DNA of 64,000 nt from the human T2T-CHM13v2.0 reference genome, Homo sapiens. The position numbers and the translations under genes are program-made. Of the stretch, positions 16,961-28,754 are shown piece after piece. The stretch lies in assembly GCF_009914755.1 (NCBI RefSeq), contig NC_060929.1; one strand, 5' to 3'. The notes under the pieces are model-generated. The model saw nothing but the letters and a program-made list of their open reading frames with translations. It ran no database searches and was not told where the DNA came from. Positions within the stretch are counted from its first letter, which is position 1; the number at the start of each line of letters is the position of its first letter.

Positions 16961-17975
16961 TGTGGCAGATTATGTTTTTCAGAAATAGCTACTATAATAT
17001 CTCCCATTCTTGTCATTCCCCCATCAAGAGGTACAGTCTAATCTCCTTCCTTTGAAGCTGGGTGGGCTTATGAGTTGCTTGTAGCCAATGAAGGTGGTAG
17101 AAGTATGTGGCTTCCAAGTGATTCAGGGCAGGCAAGGCCCAAAATTGCAGCTTAGCCCAGGAGGCTTCTTGGCTTTGCCCAGAAAAGAATTCAAGGGCAA
17201 GCCAGTGGTAAGAGAAAGCAACTTTCATTGAATCAGTGCTGCTCCTTGTGGAACAGGGCTATCCCATAGGGAGTGTGCTCAGGATGGGCAGTGTACAGGG
17301 CTGTTGGCAGCTGTACCTATACCTACCTTTAATTATATGCTAATTAAGAGGTGGGTTATTTAGAACTTTCTGGAAAGGAGGCAGGGAGTTTCCAGAACCA
17401 TATAAGGTAACTTCCAGGCCATTGCCATGGCCTGTTGCAATGGCATTTGTAAACTGTCATGGCAATGGTGGGAGTGTCTCTATGCTAATGAGCAGTGAGG
17501 GCAACTAAAAGTGTCTTTTTTCCTTGCCTGCTGGTTTCTGCTGGCTGCTTCACTGAATCCCGTTTGGAATGAATCCTGGTTTGATCAGTGGGGTTGTGAT
17601 TGGAAAACAAGTCCTGCAGGCCTCTCACCTCACAAGGCTAGGTCATAAAAGGTGATGCACCTTTCTCCTTGTGAGCTGTATATGTTCACACTGGAGCCTT
17701 AAGGCTGCCATACTGGGAGGAAGCCTAAACTGGGCCACAGAGAAAGGCCATATGGAGAAGCCCTGAGTCTACCTGAAAAGTGGGATGCCCAGCTAACCAT
17801 CCACTCCTCCAGCTCCTGTCACCATCCAACTGCAATCACATGAGAGACCTCAAGCCTTTGGCTTCCCTAAATTTCTAACCCACAGAGATTGTGAGAGAAA
17901 ATAAAATGATTGCTGTTGTCTTAAACCATTAACTTTTGGTATCATTTATTCTGTATTAATAGATAACCAGAACAC
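16961..17975 (+). mobile_element. MaLR solo LTR (MLT1G/H-like), split by an ERV1 LTR
   Basis: Starts TG 'tgtggcagattatg'; ends 'taatagataaccagaaca'; the two halves join across 17119-17632. Confidence 0.75.
17119..17632 (-). mobile_element. ERV1 (MER4-group) solo LTR, MER66/MER41-like
   Basis: TG...CA termini; 4-bp TSD CAAG at 17115-17118 and 17633-17636; the minus strand contains 'gacactcccacc...catgacagtttacaaatgcc...ggaagttaccttatatgg'. Confidence 0.8.
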
Positions 17976-18174
17976 CTACCTTTAGGTGCTCAAGATAAAG
18001 CATTAAACAGATTTACTTTCATAGGGTTTCCATTCTAGATCTTTCTCATCTTTGGCAAGTGAAGAACAATTGTTTTTGGGTTGTAATTATCTATCAGATA
18101 GCTGTCTGGACCTGCTATCAAGTCTAAATTTGTAGATACACCTATCAAAGAGATCACATTCACTTATTTATACA

Positions 18175-18318
18175 TTTACTTATTTATTTTACAATTTTTT
18201 GTAGAGATGGGGGGGGTCTCGCTGTGTTGCCCAAGATGGTCTTGAACTCTTGACCCCAAGCAATCCTCTCACCTGGCCTCCAAAAGTTATGGATTACAGG
18301 TGTGAGCCACCATGCTCC
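18175..18318 (-). mobile_element. Alu left monomer (FLAM/AluJ)
   Basis: 'tttgtagagatgggg...ttgaactcttgacc...ggattacaggtgtgagccacc'. Confidence 0.85.
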
Positions 18319-19423
18319 ATTTATGAATTTAATACATTAATTGCTTTCTTAATATAGATGGGACACCTCTGACCCCTCCTGAGTGAAAAATCCATGTTCC
18401 CAAGCACCCAGGCCTTCTATCCTATCACAAGGCATGGTTATCGCTTGTTTGCTTCCATCTCACCTAATACCACCAGCAGCTAAATTCATTCTGTTATTCA
18501 TCTTTGTATTCTTACCATCTAGGCTAGTGCCTGCACATAGCAGACCTATTTAAAAAACAAACCAACCCAAACAAACATGAAGCCCCCACGTAGCTGAAGG
18601 AGGGCTGCTGGTTCCTAGACATAGAGATAATTTATTCAAGGACAGTCCCTATCCTCCAGGAGTTAACAATTCAGCACTAGACACCCTGTGGGACCCAGCC
18701 TGACAAGTGCAACGAGTGAGATGCCAGAATTGAGTCCTGCGGTCGAACAGAGGGACTACAGGGCAACGCACTGGGCGTGGGAGGTGGAGATGGCTCTGGG
18801 AAAGGATCCATTCATTTATTCTACATTTATCAATCACCGTAGCACACACAGCACATAGTAAGTGCTCAATATCTGTTATTAAATGCCAGCCACTGTGCTA
18901 GGTGCCAGGATGCAACAGCGGACAAGAAAATTGCAGGGGCACTTGCCCTCGTGGGGCTTACCGTGTAGCGAAGGATGACAGGCAGTAGACTGTCATCTTA
19001 TTATGTAAAATTGTGCTAGATGCAGAGCAGGAAAATAACAGGCGGCTGAAATTCTAGTAATGATGTGAGCTCCTTCGGCTGAGGGGAACCGTGGGCGGGT
19101 TCTGAGCAGGAGTGGCCGTGAGGGGGACGGACCGTAGGGGGCGGGAAGACTGCAGGCAAGAGCTGGTAATTTTAAGATGCAAATAACATTTTTCTGCCTG
19201 ACTGGAAGAGGAGCGTTTGGTCGCTCGGGATTCTCCCGGAGCAGGGGGCTGTATTTTGAGTGTAAAATCGGTTGCCCCGCAGTGCAGGGCAGGCGGTGGT
19301 GAACTGCAGCCCTAGTCCCCAGGTTTTTCATGCTTGGCACATCGAGGCTCTTCGGCCCCCAGGACCAGCAGACTCGCCATGCGTGGCTCGGATTCGGGCT
19401 GGAGCAGGCGGGCAAGGTAGCGG

Positions 19424-19701
19424 GGGCGGGTGCACAGCAACGCTCACCCCTAGGTTTCGGGGTCTGCAACGCTGGGAGGGCAAGAGGAGGCGGAGTTTGC
19501 GCTGCGGACCTAGGCGTTGGCGAGGGCCACGCCCCCAGCCGCAGACCCTGCCTCCAGGCCCCTTTGATTGGATCAAGACCGCGGAAGGGCCGGGCGTCCT
19601 CGGGCGGCCTGAGGGTCGGGCAGGGGAGGGTGCGCTGATTGGCCCGGCGGGGATTAAGTCATCGCTAGCAGGTTCGAGCGGCCCAGACACCGGCGGGGCG
19701 G
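19424..19701 (+). promoter_or_regulatory. Core promoter motif cluster: GC boxes (SP/KLF) and two inverted CCAAT boxes (NF-Y)
   Basis: GGGCGG 19424-19429; GGCCACGCCCC 19525-19535; ATTGG 19567-19571; CTGATTGGCC (ATTGG 19638-19642); GGGGCGG 19695-19701. Motif matches only. Confidence 0.7.
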
Positions 19702-20069
19702 CCGAGGCTGCTGTGAGAGGGCGCTCGAGGCTGCCGAGAGCTAGCTAGCGAAGGAGGCGGGGAGGCGGCGTCTGCACTCGCTCGCCCGCTCGCTCGCTTC
19801 CCGGCGCCGCTGCGGGTCCGCGCTGCGTTTCCTGCTCGCGATCCGCTCCGTTGCCCGCGCCCGGAACAGCAGCACCTCGGCCGGGTCCGAGCTCGGTTCG
19901 GGAGTCTTGCGCGCCGGCGGACACCGCGCGCGGAGTGAGCCAGCGCCACACCTGTGGAGCCGGCGGCCGTCGGGGGAGCCGGCCGGGGTCCCGCCGCGTG
20001 AGTGCTCTGGGCGGCGGGCGGCCCGGGCCCCGGCGGAGGCGCGCCCCCCGGCTGGGCGCCGCGCGCACC

Positions 20070-20223
20070 ATGGGGCTCCCAGCGCTCGAGTTCAGCGACT
20101 GCTGCCTCGATAGTCCGCACTTCCGAGAGACGCTCAAGTCGCACGAAGCAGAGCTGGACAAGACCAACAAATTCATCAAGGAGCTCATCAAGGACGGGAA
20201 GTCACTCATAAGCGCGCTCAAGA
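20070..20223 (+). CDS. ARHGAP26: First coding exon of Rho GTPase-activating protein 26 (GRAF1), N-terminal part of the BAR domain; 154 nt, phase-1 intron follows
   Basis: Strong Kozak context gcaccATGg at 20070. Translation [51 protein letters not shown] matches the GRAF1 N-terminus as I recall it (paralogues ARHGAP10/OPHN1/ARHGAP42 differ). Donor AGA|GTGAGT at 20224-20229. Lies in a CpG island. Confidence 0.96.
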
Positions 20224-20637
20224 GTGAGTGTCCCGAGCCCCTCGGGGACGCGGCTCCGGGGCGGGAGGAACTGGGAGGTGGCGCTTAGCCCGGGTTGCCC
20301 GCGCGTCTGCCGGGTTTCTGCTCCCGGTACACTGGGGGACGGGTGTCGACGCCTCCGAGGCAGGAAGGATACGTAAAGCGGGCGAACCAGCAACCATCAG
20401 ATGAAGAGAGAGACCCGTCGCTCCGCCTTTTGCGTTCAGGGATGGTCGGGAGGTGACCCAGCGCGGGTGGTGCTCTGGGGCAGCGCGGGTGGGCGTGGGC
20501 GTGCGCGGCACGCAGGTGTCCCAGCAGTGGGGCCAGAGTGCCGAGCGCGCCGCAGCCAGCGGGCAGATCCCATCGTGTCCACAGCTCCAGCTCCCTTAGG
20601 GGCAGAGTTGCTCAGCCTTGAGTGCCCAACCGTGAGA

Positions 20638-20683
20638 ATGGAGCGTGCCCTGCCGAGGGGGCGCTGCCTCCCCTTGGGAAAAG
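20638..20683 (+). CDS. ARHGAP26: Candidate alternative first coding exon (MERALPRGRCLPLGK + 1 nt), phase 1
   Basis: agaATGg strong Kozak at 20638; 15 codons plus G, then donor AAG|GTGGGT (GT 20684-20685); same phase as canonical exon 1. Confidence 0.55.
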
Positions 20684-23600
20684 GTGGGTTGTGACTGCTT
20701 CGCTCCCTGTACGCAGCTCCAGCCTAGTCAGGCCGCCGGGTTCCCTGGGTGGAATGCTTGGTTAGCTTGCGATTCCTTGGAGTATTGGCAGCCAGTAATC
20801 TCTAAATCTGGAATCAGTACGTGCGCAGGTTCTGATTCTTGTGTTTAGCAGAAGGTGATAGGGGTGGGAGTAGAGAATCAGAGTGTTCCTTTACTCTAAA
20901 CTGTGGGCGAGGGTTTAAAAATAGAATGTACATATCCCAACTCTCTCCCTCTCCTGCTCCCAAGCTCTCCTTTTTACCTCTTCCGTTATCCTTGTAAAGG
21001 TCTGAGAAGGAATATCCATAATTCTCAGAAAGAAGTTCAAACGTATTTCAAAGATTCTTGGACCTTTTGTAAAACCATTTTTGCGTTTTTTCCTTTTGGT
21101 ACAAGGGGAGAGATGCAATTTTGCATTCTGCTTCACTTTTGCAGAGCCAGAGAGTTTCTTTTTCTGGCCAAATAAGCGTGCTCTAGGGATGAGTGCTTTG
21201 GATTGTGAGAACGTTTTTGGTGCCTTTTCAGTCTCCCCATTTAAAAATAGCTCAGTCCATCTTTTAGTTTTAAGAATCAGGAACCACATGAAGGCAGATA
21301 GTGGAATTGTCTCTGACTCTGTTACTGTATCTGTTTCTGTGATGGATTTCTTAGTAGGTGATACCTTTCAGCTAAGAAATCTTGCCTTAGCAGAGTAGAG
21401 TCGTAGCTGTGGGAATTGTTCCCAGGCCTCTTTAAAGGGCACTTACAAAAGTCAGGTGCCTGAGATGTCATTTTGTCAGCTTGTTGCTTCTAAAAATGAA
21501 GAGAGAGACAATGGAATGCCAGGGCAGCCCAAAGTGCCAATCTTTTGGGATGAAATGAACACAGGACTGTGATGTGATGAGGCTTCTTAGAGGCAGATTC
21601 TTAGGCTGTGCCTTACCTGAAACATATGAACAGACCCTTCCTTTGTCAATAATCAAGGCCATTCTTGGTTTAGGGGATGGGGGTCCCTGGTTTGGAGTAA
21701 GTTAGGGGCCCACTTACAGGTTGGGCCCAGGAATTTTGATTGAACCTCAGGCTGGCTTTAGTGAGTTCTCTGCTTCACTCAGCAAACTTTTGGTGTGATT
21801 GTGGTGTACTGGGTACTGCACTGGGCACTAAGGGTGTAGGAGTGAATATTTTGCTGCTCCTGTGCTTACAGAGGTGTACTTCATTCCAGGCACTGCTTCA
21901 CATATAATTATCTCATGTGCTTAGATTCATTCTGCAAATGAGAAAACAGAGACTGGGGGAAGCATTACCTCTGAGTCACACAGCTCTAGCAGCAGGACCA
22001 GAGCTTTTGAATCCACCTGGTTTGAGCCAGAGATGGAGTCCCTGCCAGTGCAGAGCTCTTGACTTCTGCCCCATCTCACTTGCCCGGAATGGAACCTCTT
22101 GCACCAAGCCCTAGAATTTGGACTTGTGTTTTCTATTTTGGCATTGAATCTGAGGAGGGTGCGTTTGGGTGACTGGCAGTTTTCCTACCACTAGTTTTTG
22201 GGGGCAAGAATTCTTTGGTAGGAAGAAACATTGCAGTGATAGAGTTGAAGTGTTATTTAAGCTGTCTAATGGAATGGATCAGCCCTGTAATCTGGAGGAA
22301 AGACTGATGGGGATCTCGGTGTTCTGTTCTCTCTACGTCCAGCTCTGCTAATGTATTCTACCACTACTAACTACTACTTGATCAGGTCAGGTGACCTCTA
22401 AAAATAGAGGGTGGAGTCAACCATTGTGTCCTGGATTTCAGACATTCCGATATCATGAGATGCTTGCTGCGTGGTATACTACTATATTAATGTTTGTGTA
22501 TTATTTTTCTTCAGTCATGTTTATTATATCTATAAACAGAAGTGTTTTCCCAGTACAACTTAAACATAAATACATAATTATATAAACACTGGGTTTAGAT
22601 AATCTATGTTCTCTTATAGCTCTAAACTTTTGTGGCTTTATTTTATAGCCATATTTTATTTTATTTTACAGTTATTTTATAACTAGTATTTCTAGCTCTT
22701 TGGATTTAACTTGGTTTTGAGTGTTAATCATAGGCAATAAAACTGTCCTCTAGGGATTGCCAAAGTTCAGGTAGATCATTGTTACTATTACTTCCACTTT
22801 ATGAATGAGATGCTGGCAATGGAGATGCAAATTCTTTATAGATCTAGATCCCGTAAAGGAGAAACATGCAGCAGGTGCTTGATTAAGTGAAAACATTGCC
22901 AGTTGTTTTTTAGACTCCGAGCCCTGGGTAGCAAAGACCAGCTAAGATTTTGTATTATCCTCTGAAGTTTTGGAGTTCTTTCTCCATCACGGGCTTTGAA
23001 GGCTAGAGGGACAGATGAGAGTGGCTGAATATGTCTTGGCTTTGTAAAGCAGCAGAGTTTCTTTTGGGGGTAGCACTGAATGATTATCAGTGATTGTCTT
23101 TTCACTGAGTAATATAGCATTGAACAGAGAGGCCAAAAACCTGTTCTTGGTGTGATTCAGTAAGGTAAGTAAGTGGTTCATCCTCTTTGCCTTTCAAAGC
23201 AAGAGTAAAAAGGTCAGCACTGAGTTACATGCTTTAAAGCCTGTCACCCTTTTGTACTTGTTAGAATTAAACGTGGGCATTTTGCAATACATAAGCGCTT
23301 CTTGAATGGCATAAACTCTCAAAGGATGTTCGATGCCAACCTGCTTTGTTTAGGAGTAATTATGTTACTCAGAAAATCCTAATGGAACAAATGGATGTGG
23401 AGTTGGGTAGCAAAATATTTTCCCCAGATCCTTTGCTTTGCTTCAGTACCTTGTGAATAAAGAAAATCAAAGGCATTTCCTAATTATTTGTAAATGGTAG
23501 TAATTGACATTTTGAATATTACTCATACAAACATAAATGACAGCAAATTAAATTCAAACAAATTTTTATAGTTTTTATATAACATTGGCTGAAAAACATC

Positions 23601-23722
23601 CCTTCATTTTACTCCATTCTGTGTTCTTAGTTGGACTGAAAAAATTTGCATCCAGTCTGTAGTTCTCAATTCATTGACTTTGGCTTAAACCCTCCTTCCC
23701 TGCACTTAAATCATTAATGGAC

Positions 23723-25140
23723 TTTTTTTTTTTTTTAAGAGCAGTTTTAGATTCACAGAAAAATTGAGTGGGAAGTGTAGAAAGTTCCCACATAGCGCCT
23801 CATACCTGTCCCTTCCAGTTGCCCCTATTTCTAACATCCTGCATTAGCATAGTACAGTTGTTATAGTTGATGAACCAATATCAATATAACATTATTAACT
23901 AAAGTCCATAATTTACATTAGGGCTCACTCTTTGTGTTGTACATTCTGTGGATTTTGACAAATGTATAATGACATATAAACACCATCATAGTAACATACA
24001 GAATACTTTCACTACCCTAAAAATCCTATGTGCTCCACCTATTCATCCCTCCCTCCCCACTAACCCCGGGCAACCACTAATCTTTTTACTGTCTCTCTAG
24101 TTTTACCTTTTCCAGAATGTCATGTAGTTGGAATTAAACAGTATGTGGCCTTTGCAGATTGGCTTTTTTTCACTTAGCAATGTGTACTGAAGGTTCTTTC
24201 ATGTCCTCTTATGGCTGGGTAGCTCATTTCTTTTTATTGCTGAATAATATTCTGTTATCTAGATGTGCCATAGTTTATCCTTTCATCTATTGAAGGACAT
24301 TTTGGTCGTTTCCAAGTTTTATCAATTATGAATAGAGCCGATATAAACATTTGCGTGCAGTTTATATGTGGAAATAAGTTTTTAACTCATTTGGGTAAAT
24401 ACCAAGGAGTATAATTGTTAGATTATATAGTAATGTATATATATATAAAATAAAATAGTACGTGTAGTTTTTTTTAAGAACTGTCAAACCGGCTTTCAAA
24501 CTGATTATACTGTTTTGCATTCTCACCAGCAATGAATGAGAGTTCCTGTTGCTCTACATTCTGCTCAGCACTTGGTTTTGTCTGTGTTTTGGATTTTGAC
24601 CATCCTACTAGGTGTGTAGTGGTATCTCATTTTAAAAAATTTAGCTATTTCCTTATGACATATGATGTTTGGCATCTTTTCATATTGCTTTCTTGCCATC
24701 TGCATATCTTCTTTGGTGAGGGGTCTTCAGATCTTTTGCCCATTTTTATTTGGGTTATTTCTCTTTGTCGAGGTTTGTTTGTTGTAAAATATACATAACA
24801 CAACGGTTACCACTTTAGTCATTTTTAAGTATATAATGCAGTGGTTTTCAGCATGTTCACCATGTTGTATAATTACTATCTCTTTCGAGAACATTTTCAT
24901 AATCTCAAACTGGAACTCTGTTCCCATTAAACAATAACTCCCCACTTTCCCCTCCCCCAACCCTAGTAACCTCTATTCTGCTGTCTGTATGAATTTACCT
25001 ATTCTGTGTACTTCTTATGAGTGGAATTATACAATATTTGTCATAAATATCTGGCTTATTTCACTTAGCAAAATATTTTCAAGGTTCATCCATGTTAATA
25101 GCATGTGTTAGGATTTCATTTCTCTTCATGGCTAAATATC
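23723..25140 (-). mobile_element. L1 3' fragments (L1MC-like then L1MB-like), antisense
   Basis: Poly(T) followed by 'aagagcagttttagattcacagaaaaattgag'; L1 3'UTR motifs 'ttcacttagcaatg', 'ttgcattctcaccagcaatgaatgagagttcc'. Confidence 0.85.
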
Positions 25141-25379
25141 TTATTGTTGAGTTTTAATTATCAACAGCTGTCATTAGGAAAGACTATTCTTTCTCTTTTA
25201 AAGTCATAAAAATGTATTTTTTTCTTTCCATTTCGTTTCCCTTCAGTATGATCACTAACACTTGGAATTGACATACCAATTGATCATGGTTGTCTCTCAC
25301 AAGAACACTATATTTATATTTATTCCTTTCAAAGCAGTTACTTGCTTCAGGTCAGCATGTTTTTGGGGGAATTTTTCAT

Positions 25380-26405
<1,026 letters not shown>

Positions 26406-27109
26406 CTTTACTTTGTCTCATAAAACTTTTGATGATTAAGTGAACAGCACTTAGTATATTTTCTCCATTTGCCCTCTTTTGGGGACTATTTGTTTCCATG
26501 TGCTTCAACCTTAGATGTATTTAACTGATCAGTTTCAGGATCTCAGGAATTAGGAAGTGGTTCTTATGAGGCTGTGGTTCAGATTTCTGCTCTTGTTAGG
26601 CCAGTGGGCATCGCTCTGGGCAGATGCCACACAGGCTGGACTTCCTAATTCTGGCCTGCATAAGCTAATGATCCAAGCCCTCTCAATGGACAAAATGAGA
26701 ACCGGCCAAGGAAGAACTGTTATCACCATTGAGCTACTGGGGAAAGCAAGTTGTAAAGGGGACTTTGTTATCCTGTCAAGGTCATTGCATTTCTAAAAAT
26801 TAGCCAGTGGAGGAATACTAACCTAGCAGTCAAAGTAGTTTTTCTAGATTTAAGTTTCTGAGTGAGCCTCGTTTTACCTTTTAAAATTATAACCCCTTCT
26901 GTTTCAAATTATATATTTTTTGCCATCAGAAGAAGAGTTTCGTTCAGGAAATACGGAGACCCTGCTCTGCCTTTACCATGTCCTCCAGAGCCCTAGACTA
27001 GAGTAATGGCTTTTTGGATGGAGGTAACCAATGTAGGAGTCATTAGCGGGGAGATTGAGTGGGATGTTTGGGGGCCAGTGGCGCGGCCAGTTGTGACTGT
27101 AGCAGAGTG

Positions 27110-27560
27110 AAGGCGAATGCACAAAGAGATAGGCCAGGGCAAGGTCATAGGGATCTTGAATTCTAGAAAGGACTTAGAGTTTTATTCTAAGTGTGATGGG
27201 CAGCCATGGAAGGCTGTGCCATGATCGTACTCATACTTTAAAAAGATTATGTAGGCAGCTGTGTAGAGACCAAGCGTAGTGGAGCAACAATGGAGGCAAG
27301 ATGACCAGTAAGGAAGCTGTTGTAATAGTTGAGGTGAGAGATGATGGCACCGTGGGCTAGGGTGACAGCATCACAGATGGTGGTCAGAGGCTGGGTATTT
27401 TTGGAAGTAGAGCCCACAGGATTTGCTGCACAGCATATGGGCTATGAGAGAAAAGAAAGAAGTCTAGAATGATTCAGATATTTTTGGCCTGAGCAGTTAT
27501 GTGAATGATGGTACTATTTGCTAAAATAGTTTGCTTGGGAAGGATTAGGTTTAGGGGTAA
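27110..27560 (-). mobile_element. L2 fragment
   Basis: 'ttttattctaagtgtgatgggcagccatggaagg', 'gaggtgagagatgatgg', 'tttttggcctgagcag'. Confidence 0.7.
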
Positions 27561-28732
27561 AATTAACAATATGAATGAATGACCTAATCTTATAATGCAA
27601 AGACAAAATATTATGACATGGATAGTTCCTGAATACATTCTCATGCAAGCATCAAAGAGTATAGACGTATACAGTGTAAAAGCACCCCCTTTTCCTAGCT
27701 AACAATCATTGTTAGCAGTTTGGTATGCATTTTTTCTTGTCCTTTTTCTGCGTGTTTTTTTCATAAATGGGATTATACTATAAGGATTATTTTGTGTTTT
27801 GCTTTTCGAGTTGATCATTTGTCTTGAAGACCTTCCATGTCAGTACATGCATGTAGTGCATTCTTTTTAATGACTGCAGAGAGCTTTATGTGGATATGCC
27901 ATAGTTGGTATTTACTCAGTTTCCTGTTGAAGGATATTTGGATTGTCTCTGTTGTTCACTATTAGAAGGCGTGCTGCAGTGATTATTTGCACACCTGCTT
28001 TTGTGTGTGGATTCCAGCATTTCCCTGAGATGGATTCCTTCAAGTGGAATGGTTGCTGGCTCCAGTTTTTACAAGCCCTTTGACATCTGTTGTTTAGGTC
28101 CTTTGCATCCTTGTAGCCGGTTGATAATTTGGTGCTCCTTTGAGTATGTTAGATTGTTTCTGAAGCTTAATCTTTTGGTTAAATCAGAAGCATCCTTAAC
28201 AGACCCTTCTGTTAGACACTGACACTGATTTTAAAACAACCAAGGGATAGAAAAAAAAAAAAAACTTAGTGTGTGTGTATGTGTGCCAGGGAAAGAGAGA
28301 TGACAATTAATTGGATGTGTCCCTATTAGCCCTGGAACTGCTTGATATGCTTTCTGAGTGGCATGTTCTTATAGGTCAGATGGGAGATGGGATGGGGCTT
28401 TGCCCATATCTAAGAGTCTATTCTAACCTCCAGGCTCAGGGACTAGGAAGGAAATCATGTTTATTTAGGGTGAGAACAACAGCATTAGCAGCCAGAGGAA
28501 TTTTTACAAATTATAGTGACTGGGGTTTACACATTTTTGTAGCACCTCAGAATGGAGAGAGAGGAAATGGTAAGGAAAACAGCTTGGCAGTGTGGGCCAC
28601 GAGCTGTCATGGCATGTTTGTGTCTGGCTCATTTCACCTTGATTGGAAGGCACAGAATGCTGCCCTGGGTAAGCTGGAGACTGGGCAGTTTCCTGCTATA
28701 TTTAGAAAGAGGAGATTCCTGGGGTTAGGGTG

Positions 28733-28754
28733 GTGTGTGTGTGTGTGTGTGTGT
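28733..28754 (+). repeat. (GT)11 microsatellite
   Basis: Direct read. Confidence 0.95.

Larger units (their letters stand above)
19050..20750. promoter_or_regulatory. ARHGAP26: CpG island / TATA-less promoter and GC-rich 5'UTR of ARHGAP26
   Basis: Abrupt rise in GC and CpG density relative to the CpG-depleted flanks; spans the first coding exon; no ATG between ~19.4 kb and 20069 on the + strand. Confidence 0.93.

Noticed and set aside
20224-20288. C-terminal tail ([20 protein letters not shown]) of track ORF 19851-20288
   Set aside because: Read-through into intron 1 past the GTGAGT donor
18993-20511. Many overlapping 100-160 aa ORFs on both strands across the CpG island
   Set aside because: Pro/Arg/Gly/Ala-rich products expected from stop-poor GC-rich DNA or the antisense shadow of the real exon; only the frame starting at 20070 is recognisable
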